Sequence record: MK962753.1
DNA: 64,000 nt
Direction: 5' to 3' (one strand)
From: Shigella phage JK32
In this document: positions 20,405 through 29,966 of the stretch, one piece after another
Layout of the letters: each line of letters opens with the position of its first letter
Numbering within the stretch: position 1 is the first letter of the stretch
Made by a program: the position numbers and the translations under genes
The notes under the pieces: generated by a model
Databases searched by the model: none
What the model was told of the DNA's origin: nothing
Seen by the model: only the letters and a program-made list of their open reading frames with translations

Positions 20405-20767
20405 TTATCGCCCGATCTGATATTTCTCGATCAGCGTCCACTCTTCTTTCTGTTTGAAAGACAATACACGGAAATTATTAACTTCGGTAGTTTCAAAATC
20501 ACTATCAATCAGGGTACACAGATTCCACTGCGCCAGAAGTTTTGCAATGTTATTACGGCGTAATTCATCTTCCCACGTCATTTTAACACTACGACCATCT
20601 AATTTCAACAACTCCTTGAAATGAACGATGTAATAGCGCCCTTTCTTCTGGAGAATATGACAAGACTGATACAGTGTCTTGTCTCGATTGTTGGCAATGC
20701 CGCAGCGGGTTAAAGTTTCCTTAATTTTAAGGAAGTTTTCAGGACTAATCAAATTAATTTCAATCAT
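20405..20767 (-). CDS. regA: RegA translational repressor
   Basis: 120-aa ORF with strong similarity to T4 RegA (LYQSCHILQKKG, NNFRV.SFKQK). Confidence 0.85.
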   Translation of the reverse strand: MIEINLISPENFLKIKETLTRCGIANNRDKTLYQSCHILQKKGRYYIVHFKELLKLDGRSVKMTWEDELRRNNIAKLLAQWNLCTLIDSDFETTEVNNFRVLSFKQKEEWTLIEKYQIGR

Positions 20768-20768
20768 T

Positions 20769-21347
20769 TTACCACCTTTCTATAATCTTTTTAAGTCGTT
20801 TCCTTTCTGTCTGATTCTTAGTAACACCCGCCAAAAGTTCATCGGTCGCATACGGTTTAATGTGCTTCAATAACTTGTCCATATATCCCTTTTCATTAGC
20901 CAAATCGAGATAAAACCGGGCGTCATCCATATTTACACAATATGCTTTCGCCACTGCCATTAAAACCAATTTTTGGTCCAATTCTTCTGTTAGTTTAGCC
21001 CATTTACCGTATCGTTTCCCCTTAGAAATACTCTGTAAGAGATAATCAAAATGCATTTGATCTGGGAGGCCATGACCGATTAAATTCATCACATACGCGC
21101 TATATAGACAATCTGCGTGCTGGGAAAGAGCGGTATTAATCCATCTCTGATTGTATGCAGAATTATTCCCAACATTAACGCGCTGTTTATCTAAGGTGAT
21201 ATGATCCATCAGAGCAAATAATGCATTGTCGGTTTTCTCGGTGAATGTGTCCGCTAGTTCAGACACTTTTTCCCAATCACGAGAGCGCCATGCAATTTCA
21301 TGCTCGTTTAATTGTGTATCATCTTCACCGAAAAATTGACCTAACAT
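20769..21347 (-). CDS. 62: clamp loader small subunit
   Basis: 192-aa ORF at conserved position between regA and gene 44. Confidence 0.65.
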   Translation of the reverse strand: MLGQFFGEDDTQLNEHEIAWRSRDWEKVSELADTFTEKTDNALFALMDHITLDKQRVNVGNNSAYNQRWINTALSQHADCLYSAYVMNLIGHGLPDQMHFDYLLQSISKGKRYGKWAKLTEELDQKLVLMAVAKAYCVNMDDARFYLDLANEKGYMDKLLKHIKPYATDELLAGVTKNQTERKRLKKIIERW

Positions 21348-22321
21348 TATACGAACTCCAATTCAACCATTAATTGCATTAACAAAAAGACAATGTGAAT
21401 CTCTTTATCAGCCGCGTGCGCAAACATCTGATTATTTTCACCGATAATCTCGGTCAGTCGGATAATCGACGCTGGCTTAACTTGAGTATACAACTCATTA
21501 TAAAGTTTCTTGACAAATTGAGCGTATGTGTTGGTATATCGCGGTGCTAGTTTACGCACATTAGCAAACTGTTTAGTTTTAAGTGCTTCCACCACATCGG
21601 TTACTTCGGTATTGCTACTTTCGATAACCATGCTCAATACGCCAGCATCAATTTTGCCATGTTTAGCGTAGCGGTCCAAAAGTTTCATTACGCGCCGGAA
21701 GTCTGGGAAGTTCTGCTTAACCAGTTCCGCCAGTACGCGCATTTCTTCTACTGGCACACCTTCTTTATCAAGAATTGCTTTACACCGGACGATCATTTCT
21801 TTCATCATGCGAAGCTGATCATCTTTGGTCGGAGATCCAAACGTGATGGGGTCAAATCGAGATCGCAACGCTGGGATAATACCTTCTAGATCATTTGCTG
21901 TAATGATGAATGTCACATTGTTTGAGTATGCCTCAGAGAAACTACGCAAGTGTCTTTGAGCATCAGCCAGCCCCGCTCGGTCATACTCATCGATAATAAC
22001 AACTTTGCCTTTTTCTCGTTTTTCTTCATCGAGTGATACACTCTGCGCAAAGCGTGTAATCTCATCGCGGATAAAATCAATCTTACAATCTGCGCCGTTA
22101 ACAAACAGATAATCAACACCCACATCTTCGCAAAGCGCCTTAGCAACGGTTGTTTTACCAGTACCCGGCGATGGGCTATGCAGAATCATTGAAGGGATTC
22201 GGCCTTGCTTAACAATCTGCGCGAAGATCTTTTTATCTGCTTCCGGCAGAATACATTCAGAAATTGATTTCGGACGGTATTTCTGTTCCCACTGAAACTC
22301 ATTTTCATTAACACTCAGCAT
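21347..22321 (-). CDS. 44: clamp loader ATPase subunit (AAA+)
   Basis: SPSPGTGKTTVAKAL Walker A; collinear with T4 gp44; start set at MLSVNENEF Met after GAGGTGA (ORF track extends to 22336). Confidence 0.85.
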   Translation of the reverse strand: MLSVNENEFQWEQKYRPKSISECILPEADKKIFAQIVKQGRIPSMILHSPSPGTGKTTVAKALCEDVGVDYLFVNGADCKIDFIRDEITRFAQSVSLDEEKREKGKVVIIDEYDRAGLADAQRHLRSFSEAYSNNVTFIITANDLEGIIPALRSRFDPITFGSPTKDDQLRMMKEMIVRCKAILDKEGVPVEEMRVLAELVKQNFPDFRRVMKLLDRYAKHGKIDAGVLSMVIESSNTEVTDVVEALKTKQFANVRKLAPRYTNTYAQFVKKLYNELYTQVKPASIIRLTEIIGENNQMFAHAADKEIHIVFLLMQLMVELEFV

Positions 22322-22346
22322 ATAATCACCTCTCACAAATTACATC

Positions 22347-22374
22347 ATTAAAACGGGGAGTATTTGCACTCCCC
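22347..22374 (-). terminator. rho-independent terminator after gene 45 (stem GGGGAGT/ACTCCCC)
   Basis: Hairpin followed by GTTTT on minus strand. Confidence 0.5.
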
Positions 22375-22386
22375 ACAAACATTATA

Positions 22387-23076
22387 TTAGTCGGTGTAGC
22401 TGGAGTCAAGGTCACACGCGATCATATAAGATACGGTTTCACCTGCCAGCCATACAGCCTTACGGCGAGTGAAGCTCAGTTTGTAATCGCCGAAGTCAGT
22501 AGCAACCAGTTTCATGTTATCTTTACGAATAAAGAAATGGAAGTCGGCGGTTCCGGCATATTCGCCCATGTCAAGACAAAACATCTCATTCGGATTATTT
22601 TTGTCAATCTCTTCCCAACCTTTGATCATCAGACGACCATCAATCGGTAGAAACTCAAGGCGATCCACTTTAAGCTGATTGCTCATTTTCATAAGCTGTT
22701 TCAGATCGTCGTTGCTCAGTTCGTAATCTACATCGCTTGCAGGTGGAGTAACTCGGCCTTTCGGTGATACGATAGCAGCAGCACTAGCACCAGGATAATT
22801 AATTTTCAGTCGATCGTTAGACACACGAATGTTTCCAGTTCGGTCATCAACCGTAATATCTGCTTCATCGCCTACCAGATTCAGAATACCCAGGAAAGAG
22901 TTAAGATCATAGATCCCAATTTCGTGTTCCAGTTCTTGATTCAGAGTCGCTTCACCATATACAACGTTTGTCATGTTTTTGGTGATCAGGACGTTTCCTT
23001 TTTTCAGGATGATACCTGGGTTAATAGCGGAAAAGTTTTTCAGGGTAGCAATGGTTTCTTTAGTCAGTTTCATCAA
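22387..23076 (-). CDS. 45: sliding clamp
   Basis: 229-aa ORF collinear with T4 gp45. Confidence 0.85.
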   Translation of the reverse strand: MMKLTKETIATLKNFSAINPGIILKKGNVLITKNMTNVVYGEATLNQELEHEIGIYDLNSFLGILNLVGDEADITVDDRTGNIRVSNDRLKINYPGASAAAIVSPKGRVTPPASDVDYELSNDDLKQLMKMSNQLKVDRLEFLPIDGRLMIKGWEEIDKNNPNEMFCLDMGEYAGTADFHFFIRKDNMKLVATDFGDYKLSFTRRKAVWLAGETVSYMIACDLDSSYTD

Positions 23077-23103
23077 ATCACCTTTATCATGTTAATCAAT
23101 TAA

Positions 23104-23502
23104 TTACGGGTTTACTTCGTGTTCATTACGAATCTTGAGCATTTTGTTTTGGAAGTTTTCCGCAGCTTGCTCATCAATAGTATGAGTATATCTGAATCCA
23201 ATGTATGCTGTCAAGTATTGTTGCAGAGCATAGACAGTAACAGGATTCTTTGCGGTCTTCTTGCCTTCGAGATATACCAGATCCCCACAAGGTTCAAAAG
23301 CAAGTTTACGACGAATCACATTATCAACAAACTCATCAACAACAAAATGCCAAATGTTGCTATCGGTTCCAATATCAAAATTAACCACACTGCCACGTTT
23401 GACATAATCAAACGGTATCGGGAATAGTTTATAGTCAAGTTCGATAAACATTAATTGTTCTTTTAAGCTCATACGTTTCATTCTATCACTTCCCATCAGC
23501 AA
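23104..23502 (-). CDS. hypothetical protein (position of T4 rpbA)
   Basis: 132-aa ORF; positional assignment only. Confidence 0.35.
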   Translation of the reverse strand: MLMGSDRMKRMSLKEQLMFIELDYKLFPIPFDYVKRGSVVNFDIGTDSNIWHFVVDEFVDNVIRRKLAFEPCGDLVYLEGKKTAKNPVTVYALQQYLTAYIGFRYTHTIDEQAAENFQNKMLKIRNEHEVNP

Positions 23503-23878
23503 TTGCGATCAGACGAGTTACTACTACGCTAGCGGCTTCAATCAGCAGTTCATCAGTGTCAATCTGATAACCTTTTTCGAGAATATCTTTACCTCGAATA
23601 GTTTTAGCTCCTTTAGCAATTGAATCATCGTAATACTTGCGCATTGCCGCGATCCATTCTTTTTGCACCATATCATCAATATGCGCGTACAGTTCAAAGC
23701 GTGCTTGCTGCGGGATAACCTTCATTTTAGCTTTCTCGCTTTCCGGCATTTGTAGTACCCACGCTTTACGGATCTTGTTCATTGCTCGGTCAAATTCGAG
23801 ACTGGTTTTCTTGTTCTGAATGTCTGCTACAGTAATTTTAGCCAGGTTTGCGGAAGTAGTCATAATATTAATCTCCAA
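23486..23878 (-). CDS. hypothetical protein (45.1 position)
   Basis: 130-aa ORF. Confidence 0.35.
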   Translation of the reverse strand: MEINIMTTSANLAKITVADIQNKKTSLEFDRAMNKIRKAWVLQMPESEKAKMKVIPQQARFELYAHIDDMVQKEWIAAMRKYYDDSIAKGAKTIRGKDILEKGYQIDTDELLIEAASVVVTRLIAIADGK

Positions 23879-23893
23879 AATAAAATCAGTATA

Positions 23894-24124
23894 TCACGTT
23901 CTAAAGTTTGTTGCAATACCCGAATCGGGAAAATCTAACTTATTAAACATAGGTACTAACAAAAATTGACTATGGCGATTTGACAACATTTTAGTAATCT
24001 CGGTCTCACTATAAACGCTATTTTTCATATCGTCCATAGTCACAACATATTCTTCACCAGAGAATAGATTCGTTAAGGTATACAATTCTAACTCAGGTTG
24101 TGTCACTCTGTCAAATGTTAACAT
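23894..24124 (-). CDS. hypothetical protein (45.2 position)
   Basis: 76-aa ORF. Confidence 0.35.
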   Translation of the reverse strand: MLTFDRVTQPELELYTLTNLFSGEEYVVTMDDMKNSVYSETEITKMLSNRHSQFLLVPMFNKLDFPDSGIATNFRT

Positions 24125-25808
24125 TCATTTCAGTGAATCGCCCACGTTTAACCATCTTGAGATGACGGCTAAAATCATCAGGGTTATGGTCACGATGGCT
24201 GATAATATACACGTTATCATCTAACTTGTCAATGATGGAATCAAGTGCTTTTACGCCTTGAACGTCCGTAGCCCCATCATAAATTTCGTCGAGTACCAAC
24301 AAAGAAATATTAGTACCAGATACTTTACCAGCAACATCACGCCATGTAAAGAGCATCGCAAGGTCAATACGTGCCTTTTCGCCTTGACTGAATGATGTAT
24401 ACGAAAACGATTCACGCCCCCGTGATTTGATTGTTTCGTTAAACTCTTCATCTAGCGTAAAGATATAATCCGCTTCCATGATATCAAGATAATACGCAAT
24501 CCGATCATTGAAATATGGAATATATTTCTTGACGATAGACGCCTTAACACCGGAATCCTTCAACATTTCTGTTACAAATCCACGATGATATTTTTCAAGA
24601 ACTAGCTTTGATTTTTCATTAGTGATCTCTACCAGTTCGTGTTCCAGTTTAGCAAGTTCTTCGGAATTGTCAACCCTTTCTTTTTGTAATTCCTGAATTG
24701 CTTTCTGGATCTGTTTAGCACGACCTACAGATGCCGTTAAATTCGCTCTCTGTGACTCTATAGCGCGTTTAATTTCCAAGACCTTAGTTTGTGCTGTCTG
24801 GAAAGAATTGGCTTTCTCTGCGTATTCTACGCGTTTCTCGTCAATAAGAGACAGTTTATGTTCTGCTTGTGCTTTTTGTTCGCGTACAGCCCGATCATTA
24901 CCCTGAATGATCGGTTGTGTGCACGTAGGACAGATCCCGCCTTTCTCGTGCATATGGATAACACGGTCAAAGTTCTGGATCTGCGCACCAATCTGTGCGA
25001 TAGCCGTATTAATTTTAGCCAATGCCGCGCTAGGATCTTCCGGCATAACAACAGCCAATAGCTCATCGGTCAAGCGCGTTTCTTCGGCTTTAAATGCTTT
25101 AGCCGATTCTACCTCTTTATCATACATATTCTGCAAACGCTGTAGATTCTCGGCACTAGCCTTGCTCGCGTCCTCTATGTACTTTTTATGAGTGTTGATT
25201 TGTTGCTGAACGTGATTAGCTTTCATTTCCTGCATTTGGATATTCTGGGTAATCTCGCGCACATACGCTTTATTCAGTTTATCCATTTCGCCTAGCGTAG
25301 CAATATCAAGCAAATCCTCGACCAGTTTACGGCGACCCGCTGCCGGAAGACTCATAAACGGAACATAACCAGCAGTACCTAAAACAACGATCTGTTTAAA
25401 GCTGGCTAGGTTCATGCCTATGATACCTTCAAAATATTCCTGAAAGTCTTTGGTGCTTGCGCTCTCGTCGATCTTTTGACCGTCGCGATGCACTTCGAAT
25501 ACTTCCGGTTTTTGACCACGTTTGATATAAAACTCTTTCCCGTCCAGTTCAAACCAGACTTCGACTAACAGTTTCTTTTTGTTGACGCTGTTAATCAATT
25601 GGCCTTTCTTGATACTACGAAACGGTTTACCGAACAACACAAAGCAAAGCGCCTCGATCATGGTCGATTTACCAGCACCGTTAACACCAGTGATTAGTGT
25701 CTTTTTGAATCCGTCTAGCTGAATCTCAACAGGTTCAGCACCCACGCTCATTATATTTTGATAGCGCAAGGTTTTAAAATTTAACTTTGCCATTAATCCA
25801 CTCCGCAA
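24111..25808 (-). CDS. 46: recombination endonuclease subunit (Rad50/SbcC-like ATPase)
   Basis: 565-aa ORF; GVNGAGKST Walker A, central coiled coil, LLVLDE Walker B. Confidence 0.85.
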   Translation of the reverse strand: MRSGLMAKLNFKTLRYQNIMSVGAEPVEIQLDGFKKTLITGVNGAGKSTMIEALCFVLFGKPFRSIKKGQLINSVNKKKLLVEVWFELDGKEFYIKRGQKPEVFEVHRDGQKIDESASTKDFQEYFEGIIGMNLASFKQIVVLGTAGYVPFMSLPAAGRRKLVEDLLDIATLGEMDKLNKAYVREITQNIQMQEMKANHVQQQINTHKKYIEDASKASAENLQRLQNMYDKEVESAKAFKAEETRLTDELLAVVMPEDPSAALAKINTAIAQIGAQIQNFDRVIHMHEKGGICPTCTQPIIQGNDRAVREQKAQAEHKLSLIDEKRVEYAEKANSFQTAQTKVLEIKRAIESQRANLTASVGRAKQIQKAIQELQKERVDNSEELAKLEHELVEITNEKSKLVLEKYHRGFVTEMLKDSGVKASIVKKYIPYFNDRIAYYLDIMEADYIFTLDEEFNETIKSRGRESFSYTSFSQGEKARIDLAMLFTWRDVAGKVSGTNISLLVLDEIYDGATDVQGVKALDSIIDKLDDNVYIISHRDHNPDDFSRHLKMVKRGRFTEMNVNI

Positions 25809-26037
25809 TCACACATTCCATAATATTAAATGCTAACACATCTTCATCAATGTTGTAAACACTTGCCGCCTTCACTTTAACTAATGTGTCTCTGCGATCT
25901 GGCAACATGATAACATAATCCAGTGTCGACGGATCATATGTCATAAAGGGATCAACATAAATCCCTTTATTCAATGCCAGATATTCGCGAAGACCTTCTA
26001 TAACCCTGTGTCTAAGGTAGGTCATCGATAGAATCAT
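25774..26037 (-). CDS. hypothetical protein
   Basis: 87-aa ORF. Confidence 0.35.
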   Translation of the reverse strand: MILSMTYLRHRVIEGLREYLALNKGIYVDPFMTYDPSTLDYVIMLPDRRDTLVKVKAASVYNIDEDVLAFNIMECVIAEWINGKVKF

Positions 26038-26630
26038 TTTAGTTTATATTCCTCTAAAAATTCTTCAATTTCACCTTGCAGGTCTTCCGCTTGTTGTTCC
26101 AGAATATCGCGAAATTCACCTACAGTCAAGCGGTAATCACACTTCACCAGTCGATGTGGGAGAATATACCCTTTATACATCGTCTCTGACGCTTCCAGAA
26201 ATACCCCACTATGCATGACAGAGATCCAACCTGTTAGCGTCAATGGAGTATTCGGAAAATAATATTTGCTGGATTGTTTCCACTGGACGAAAGCACCGTA
26301 TACAATCGGATTATATTCACCAACCACACTCTTAATAATGGATTCTACTTTGTCTTTTACAAAGTCGCCAATGTCCATAGTTACCATCAAATCCTGTGGA
26401 TGAATCACTTTAAGGTAACGACGGTAGCCGTCATCATACCACATCTTAACCACTGGCTGACCCCACATTTTAGCAATACGCGCTTTCAGATAGCCATAGA
26501 TCGGATTCTTGCAATGTGATTGTTTTAGTGTGTATGTTTGCACCAATTCAATAAAATGTTCCATTACCAGCGAATCAGAATCAGCCGCGAGCATAGTCGT
26601 ATTCATAATATGTTCCTCGTTCAATTTCAT
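26034..26630 (-). CDS. hypothetical protein
   Basis: 198-aa ORF; true start may be internal. Confidence 0.35.
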   Translation of the reverse strand: MKLNEEHIMNTTMLAADSDSLVMEHFIELVQTYTLKQSHCKNPIYGYLKARIAKMWGQPVVKMWYDDGYRRYLKVIHPQDLMVTMDIGDFVKDKVESIIKSVVGEYNPIVYGAFVQWKQSSKYYFPNTPLTLTGWISVMHSGVFLEASETMYKGYILPHRLVKCDYRLTVGEFRDILEQQAEDLQGEIEEFLEEYKLK

Positions 26631-26898
26631 ATTGTTTCAGGTCTTCTAAAAGTTCATCCACTGCTTGTTTCAGCACATGACGCAGCGTAAAGTAATAGCT
26701 TTCATCAAATTCTATTTCCGCGCGAGGAATAGAGCGAAACTTACACTTAACAGTAGTATCGGTGAGTCGCTTTTCGACCATCATCCGAACTTCTTCATGC
26801 TCTTTGGAATACCATACATCAACGGAGATTCCCTTACGGCGAGCGAACATAGGCAACGCTGCATTAAATTCCATTACTTTTTGTGCAAGTGTTTTCAT
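26581..26898 (-). CDS. hypothetical protein
   Basis: 105-aa ORF. Confidence 0.35.
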   Translation of the reverse strand: MKTLAQKVMEFNAALPMFARRKGISVDVWYSKEHEEVRMMVEKRLTDTTVKCKFRSIPRAEIEFDESYYFTLRHVLKQAVDELLEDLKQYEIERGTYYEYDYARG

Positions 26899-27158
26899 CG
26901 TACAGACTCCATAGACCCACGAGCAATAACATTCTGGGTAATATCAGCAATCTTACGGGATACGATGTTTGTTAGCCCCTCTTTGGTGATATTTTCACGA
27001 TCAAATGGGATTTCGTCATGAGTCCACAAACCATAGTTAGACCGAAATGATAGCATATACTGACCATCTCGCACAACCTCAAATACATGGATCTTAGTGA
27101 ATTTCGATAAACCTTCGTTGATTTCTTTCAGTGCATTAGTAATCATAACAACCTCCAA
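26895..27158 (-). CDS. hypothetical protein
   Basis: 87-aa ORF. Confidence 0.35.
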   Translation of the reverse strand: MEVVMITNALKEINEGLSKFTKIHVFEVVRDGQYMLSFRSNYGLWTHDEIPFDRENITKEGLTNIVSRKIADITQNVIARGSMESVR

Positions 27159-27200
27159 TCAATTTTTAGAGAGTATAACGGGGATTTCTCCCCGCGTCAA

Positions 27201-28235
27201 CTAACTTTTTGCGCTATTTACTTCGGCTAAAAGTTCATCAGAAATACGCTTGACCGCCGCAAGTTCTTCCGGTTCTAGGTTTTGTTCTTCCAGATATTCA
27301 TAGACCATCTGAATAGTGCTTTTAACTTCAATAACACCTGTTTCCTGTGATGCGCTACTCTCCAGCTTATGGACCACTTTTAGCTTGTGTACAACGGCCT
27401 CTAATGCGCTTTCTAACTTAGTTAACCCATTATCAGCGACCGTTGCGATAAGACGCACACTAAGCCCCTTAAAGCGTTCTACATCGATTTTATCATCTGA
27501 CGGGTAAGTGATACGCACATGATAAGTTTTGTCATTCTGGATAAACTCTTTTTTGTGTGTATCGGTATCGAATACCCAAAAACCACGCGGATCATTTTCG
27601 TCACCCGCCGTTAGTGTGTATGGTGTGCCAATATACGTTACGTTACCACCATCGCTGATAGTATGAAAGTGACCAGAAAACACTTCACGGTATTTCTTGA
27701 GGAAGTCCGCGCTATAACCTTCAGATTTTAGCCCTTTATAGAAATAGTAACCGGACAATTCCCAATGGCCTACACAATATTCGCTGAATGAGTTTTGAAT
27801 AAACTCTAAAATCTCTGATTTATTGTCATCACAAAACCACGGGAACAGATCAAATGATACACCATCAAAGGTAACTGTTTCCGGTTTATCGATAACCTTA
27901 ATGCAATCATACTGGCTTAACACTTCACGCGGTGCGTTAGGCTGGATCTTGTTTCGTTTAAACATATCATGGTTCCCGACCGTGATATAACAAGTAATAC
28001 CAGCCTCTTCCAGTAACGGGATGATTTTCGTTCTATTAAAACGCATAGTTGCATGTGTGATTGCTTTTCGGCAATCAAACCAGTCCCCTGTCTGAATCCA
28101 TGCCTTAATATTATGTTTTTTTGAATAATCGACTGCCTTTTTAATAGTATCAAGAATATACTCATGTATCCACGGATCATCGTTGCCGATACCAGTATGC
28201 AGATCACCCAAAAGCAAAATTTTCATATTATACAT
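27201..28235 (-). CDS. 47: recombination nuclease subunit (Mre11/SbcD-like phosphoesterase)
   Basis: 344-aa ORF; LLGDLHTG and GNHD phosphoesterase motifs. Confidence 0.85.
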   Translation of the reverse strand: MYNMKILLLGDLHTGIGNDDPWIHEYILDTIKKAVDYSKKHNIKAWIQTGDWFDCRKAITHATMRFNRTKIIPLLEEAGITCYITVGNHDMFKRNKIQPNAPREVLSQYDCIKVIDKPETVTFDGVSFDLFPWFCDDNKSEILEFIQNSFSEYCVGHWELSGYYFYKGLKSEGYSADFLKKYREVFSGHFHTISDGGNVTYIGTPYTLTAGDENDPRGFWVFDTDTHKKEFIQNDKTYHVRITYPSDDKIDVERFKGLSVRLIATVADNGLTKLESALEAVVHKLKVVHKLESSASQETGVIEVKSTIQMVYEYLEEQNLEPEELAAVKRISDELLAEVNSAKS

Positions 28236-28241
28236 AATCTC

Positions 28242-28796
28242 CTAAAAATTTTTAACACCATATTCACCAAAATAAAGATCAACCGCTTTGTCATAAGCTC
28301 TGGCCGCATCTTCTTCGTTGACATAATACCCAAGAGATATTAGTTTATCATTATTTCGTATTCTTGCAACCCATTTCTTCGTATGTTTATGCCAGCTAAC
28401 CCCTTTATACTTGCTTGCTTTATTCTTGTACTTTCCAACGTTACAAGCATTTTTCTTTGCGTCGGACTCTCTAAGATTGCGTGGTGCGTTGTTTAAAGGA
28501 TTTCGGTCTATATGATCTATAATTTCTGGTTGTGTTCCATGCTCAAGAAACCATACAATACGATGTACATATGGCTTTAAAACCCTCCCATTATCCATAA
28601 CAATTGCAATTTGGAGATGATCCTGACTTTTAAAAGTTTTTACTTTATCTCCTGCCTTATAAAACTTTCCTTCGTAATTCTTTCCTCCGGCTCGGCTATT
28701 CTTTAAATGATAAAGAATACCATCGTCGTCATGTCTATATCTTTCTCGTATAATTCGTTGCGTTTCTTCATCCCACAATTTGGAACGTCTACTCAT
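28242..28796 (-). CDS. free-standing HNH endonuclease with AP2-type DNA-binding domain
   Basis: HRIVWFLEHG...IDHIDRNPLNN HNH core plus YKGVSWHKHTKKWVARI AP2-like segment. Confidence 0.65.
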   Translation of the reverse strand: MSRRSKLWDEETQRIIRERYRHDDDGILYHLKNSRAGGKNYEGKFYKAGDKVKTFKSQDHLQIAIVMDNGRVLKPYVHRIVWFLEHGTQPEIIDHIDRNPLNNAPRNLRESDAKKNACNVGKYKNKASKYKGVSWHKHTKKWVARIRNNDKLISLGYYVNEEDAARAYDKAVDLYFGEYGVKNF

Positions 28797-28840
28797 AGTC
28801 TCTTCCTCTCTTCGTTTTCGATGCTCTCACTATATCACAG

Positions 28841-28865
28841 AAAAATAAAAAGGGAAACCCCTTTC
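28841..28865 (-). terminator. putative terminator hairpin (approximate)
   Basis: AAAGGG/CCCTTT stem followed by T-rich run on minus strand. Confidence 0.3.
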
Positions 28866-28886
28866 AGAGTCTCCCTTATAAAGCCA

Positions 28887-29174
28887 TTACAGCATACTTA
28901 ATACCGTTTGCCGTGTACTAATCCACATAGCAGAAAGCAGTTCTGGCGTGTGTGGCTGTTTGTAGATATCACGTAATTTTCCGATAGCGTAGATATACGC
29001 ATCACGGTTATCATCGATGATAGCTTGTTCAGCCCACCGCTTAAGGCGTGCAATCTCTCGCGAGTTCTTACGCAAGATCTTTTCCGCTTTCTTAGCGGCT
29101 TTCGCCTCTAGTTCTGCTTGTACTTTGTCTACTTCATTCACTGCAATCTTGTCATGCTGTTCATCGTAAGTCAT
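28887..29174 (-). CDS. hypothetical protein
   Basis: 95-aa ORF. Confidence 0.35.
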   Translation of the reverse strand: MTYDEQHDKIAVNEVDKVQAELEAKAAKKAEKILRKNSREIARLKRWAEQAIIDDNRDAYIYAIGKLRDIYKQPHTPELLSAMWISTRQTVLSML

Positions 29175-29175
29175 G

Positions 29176-29409
29176 TTATTTTCCTTCTGGGATATAGTCG
29201 ATGATTAAAGAAAATTCATCTTCTGATACATTATAGCTATGTGAGATTGTACCCGTAAAGACCTCAAGATCCGGTGACTTGATATTACACGGATCGATAA
29301 TCACCGGAACGCCGCAATCTCTCAAAAATAATTTGGCGAAATACGGCACAAGGTCAGTTTCAAACTCTGCTTCTTCCAGCAAACGGGAAATGTTAATTTT
29401 CAATCTCAT
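29176..29409 (-). CDS. hypothetical protein
   Basis: 77-aa ORF. Confidence 0.35.
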   Translation of the reverse strand: MRLKINISRLLEEAEFETDLVPYFAKLFLRDCGVPVIIDPCNIKSPDLEVFTGTISHSYNVSEDEFSLIIDYIPEGK

Positions 29410-29926
29410 AAAATTGGTCCAGGCTAGGCAATTCCTCGGTCAATACATCTTCAACCTTTGGCGCTTTCGGTTTATTGACCGATTCCTCGTAGTTGTTGAT
29501 TTTATCGTAAATGTCCTGTATGAATGCCTCATCCGCAATCTGGCACATATCAGCGTCGCGTTCGTCATATACATGATGCACAAAATATTTGTATTTTGCG
29601 GCTGTCGCTGTTCTTTCTTTTTTAATGCGTTGCACAAAAGCATTAAAGCACGCTTGCGTAATGTAAGCATGAGGATTTTTATACTTTGTCTCGTCAAAAT
29701 TAATCAAACCCTTGACCGCCGCTTCGATTCCATCGTCGATCATTTCTTCGCGCCATGTTTGACTATAGCCAGAAAAGTTAAAACGCCGTGATAGATTTTT
29801 AGAGATTTGCATAATTGCTAGGCCGATTTGGTTGCTCATAGGCACTTGTCGACCTTCGGCTGCAATTCGTTGTTTCCAACGACAAATTTCTTCGTAAAGC
29901 TCTTTATTGTTTACATAATCAGACAC
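29393..29926 (-). CDS. 55: late transcription sigma factor gp55
   Basis: 177-aa ORF with strong similarity to T4 gp55 ([36 protein letters not shown]). Confidence 0.85.
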   Translation of the reverse strand: MSDYVNNKELYEEICRWKQRIAAEGRQVPMSNQIGLAIMQISKNLSRRFNFSGYSQTWREEMIDDGIEAAVKGLINFDETKYKNPHAYITQACFNAFVQRIKKERTATAAKYKYFVHHVYDERDADMCQIADEAFIQDIYDKINNYEESVNKPKAPKVEDVLTEELPSLDQFYEIEN

Positions 29927-29966
29927 TTCGCACCCTCGCTATTATTTAGGAAATAACCCTTTCGGG

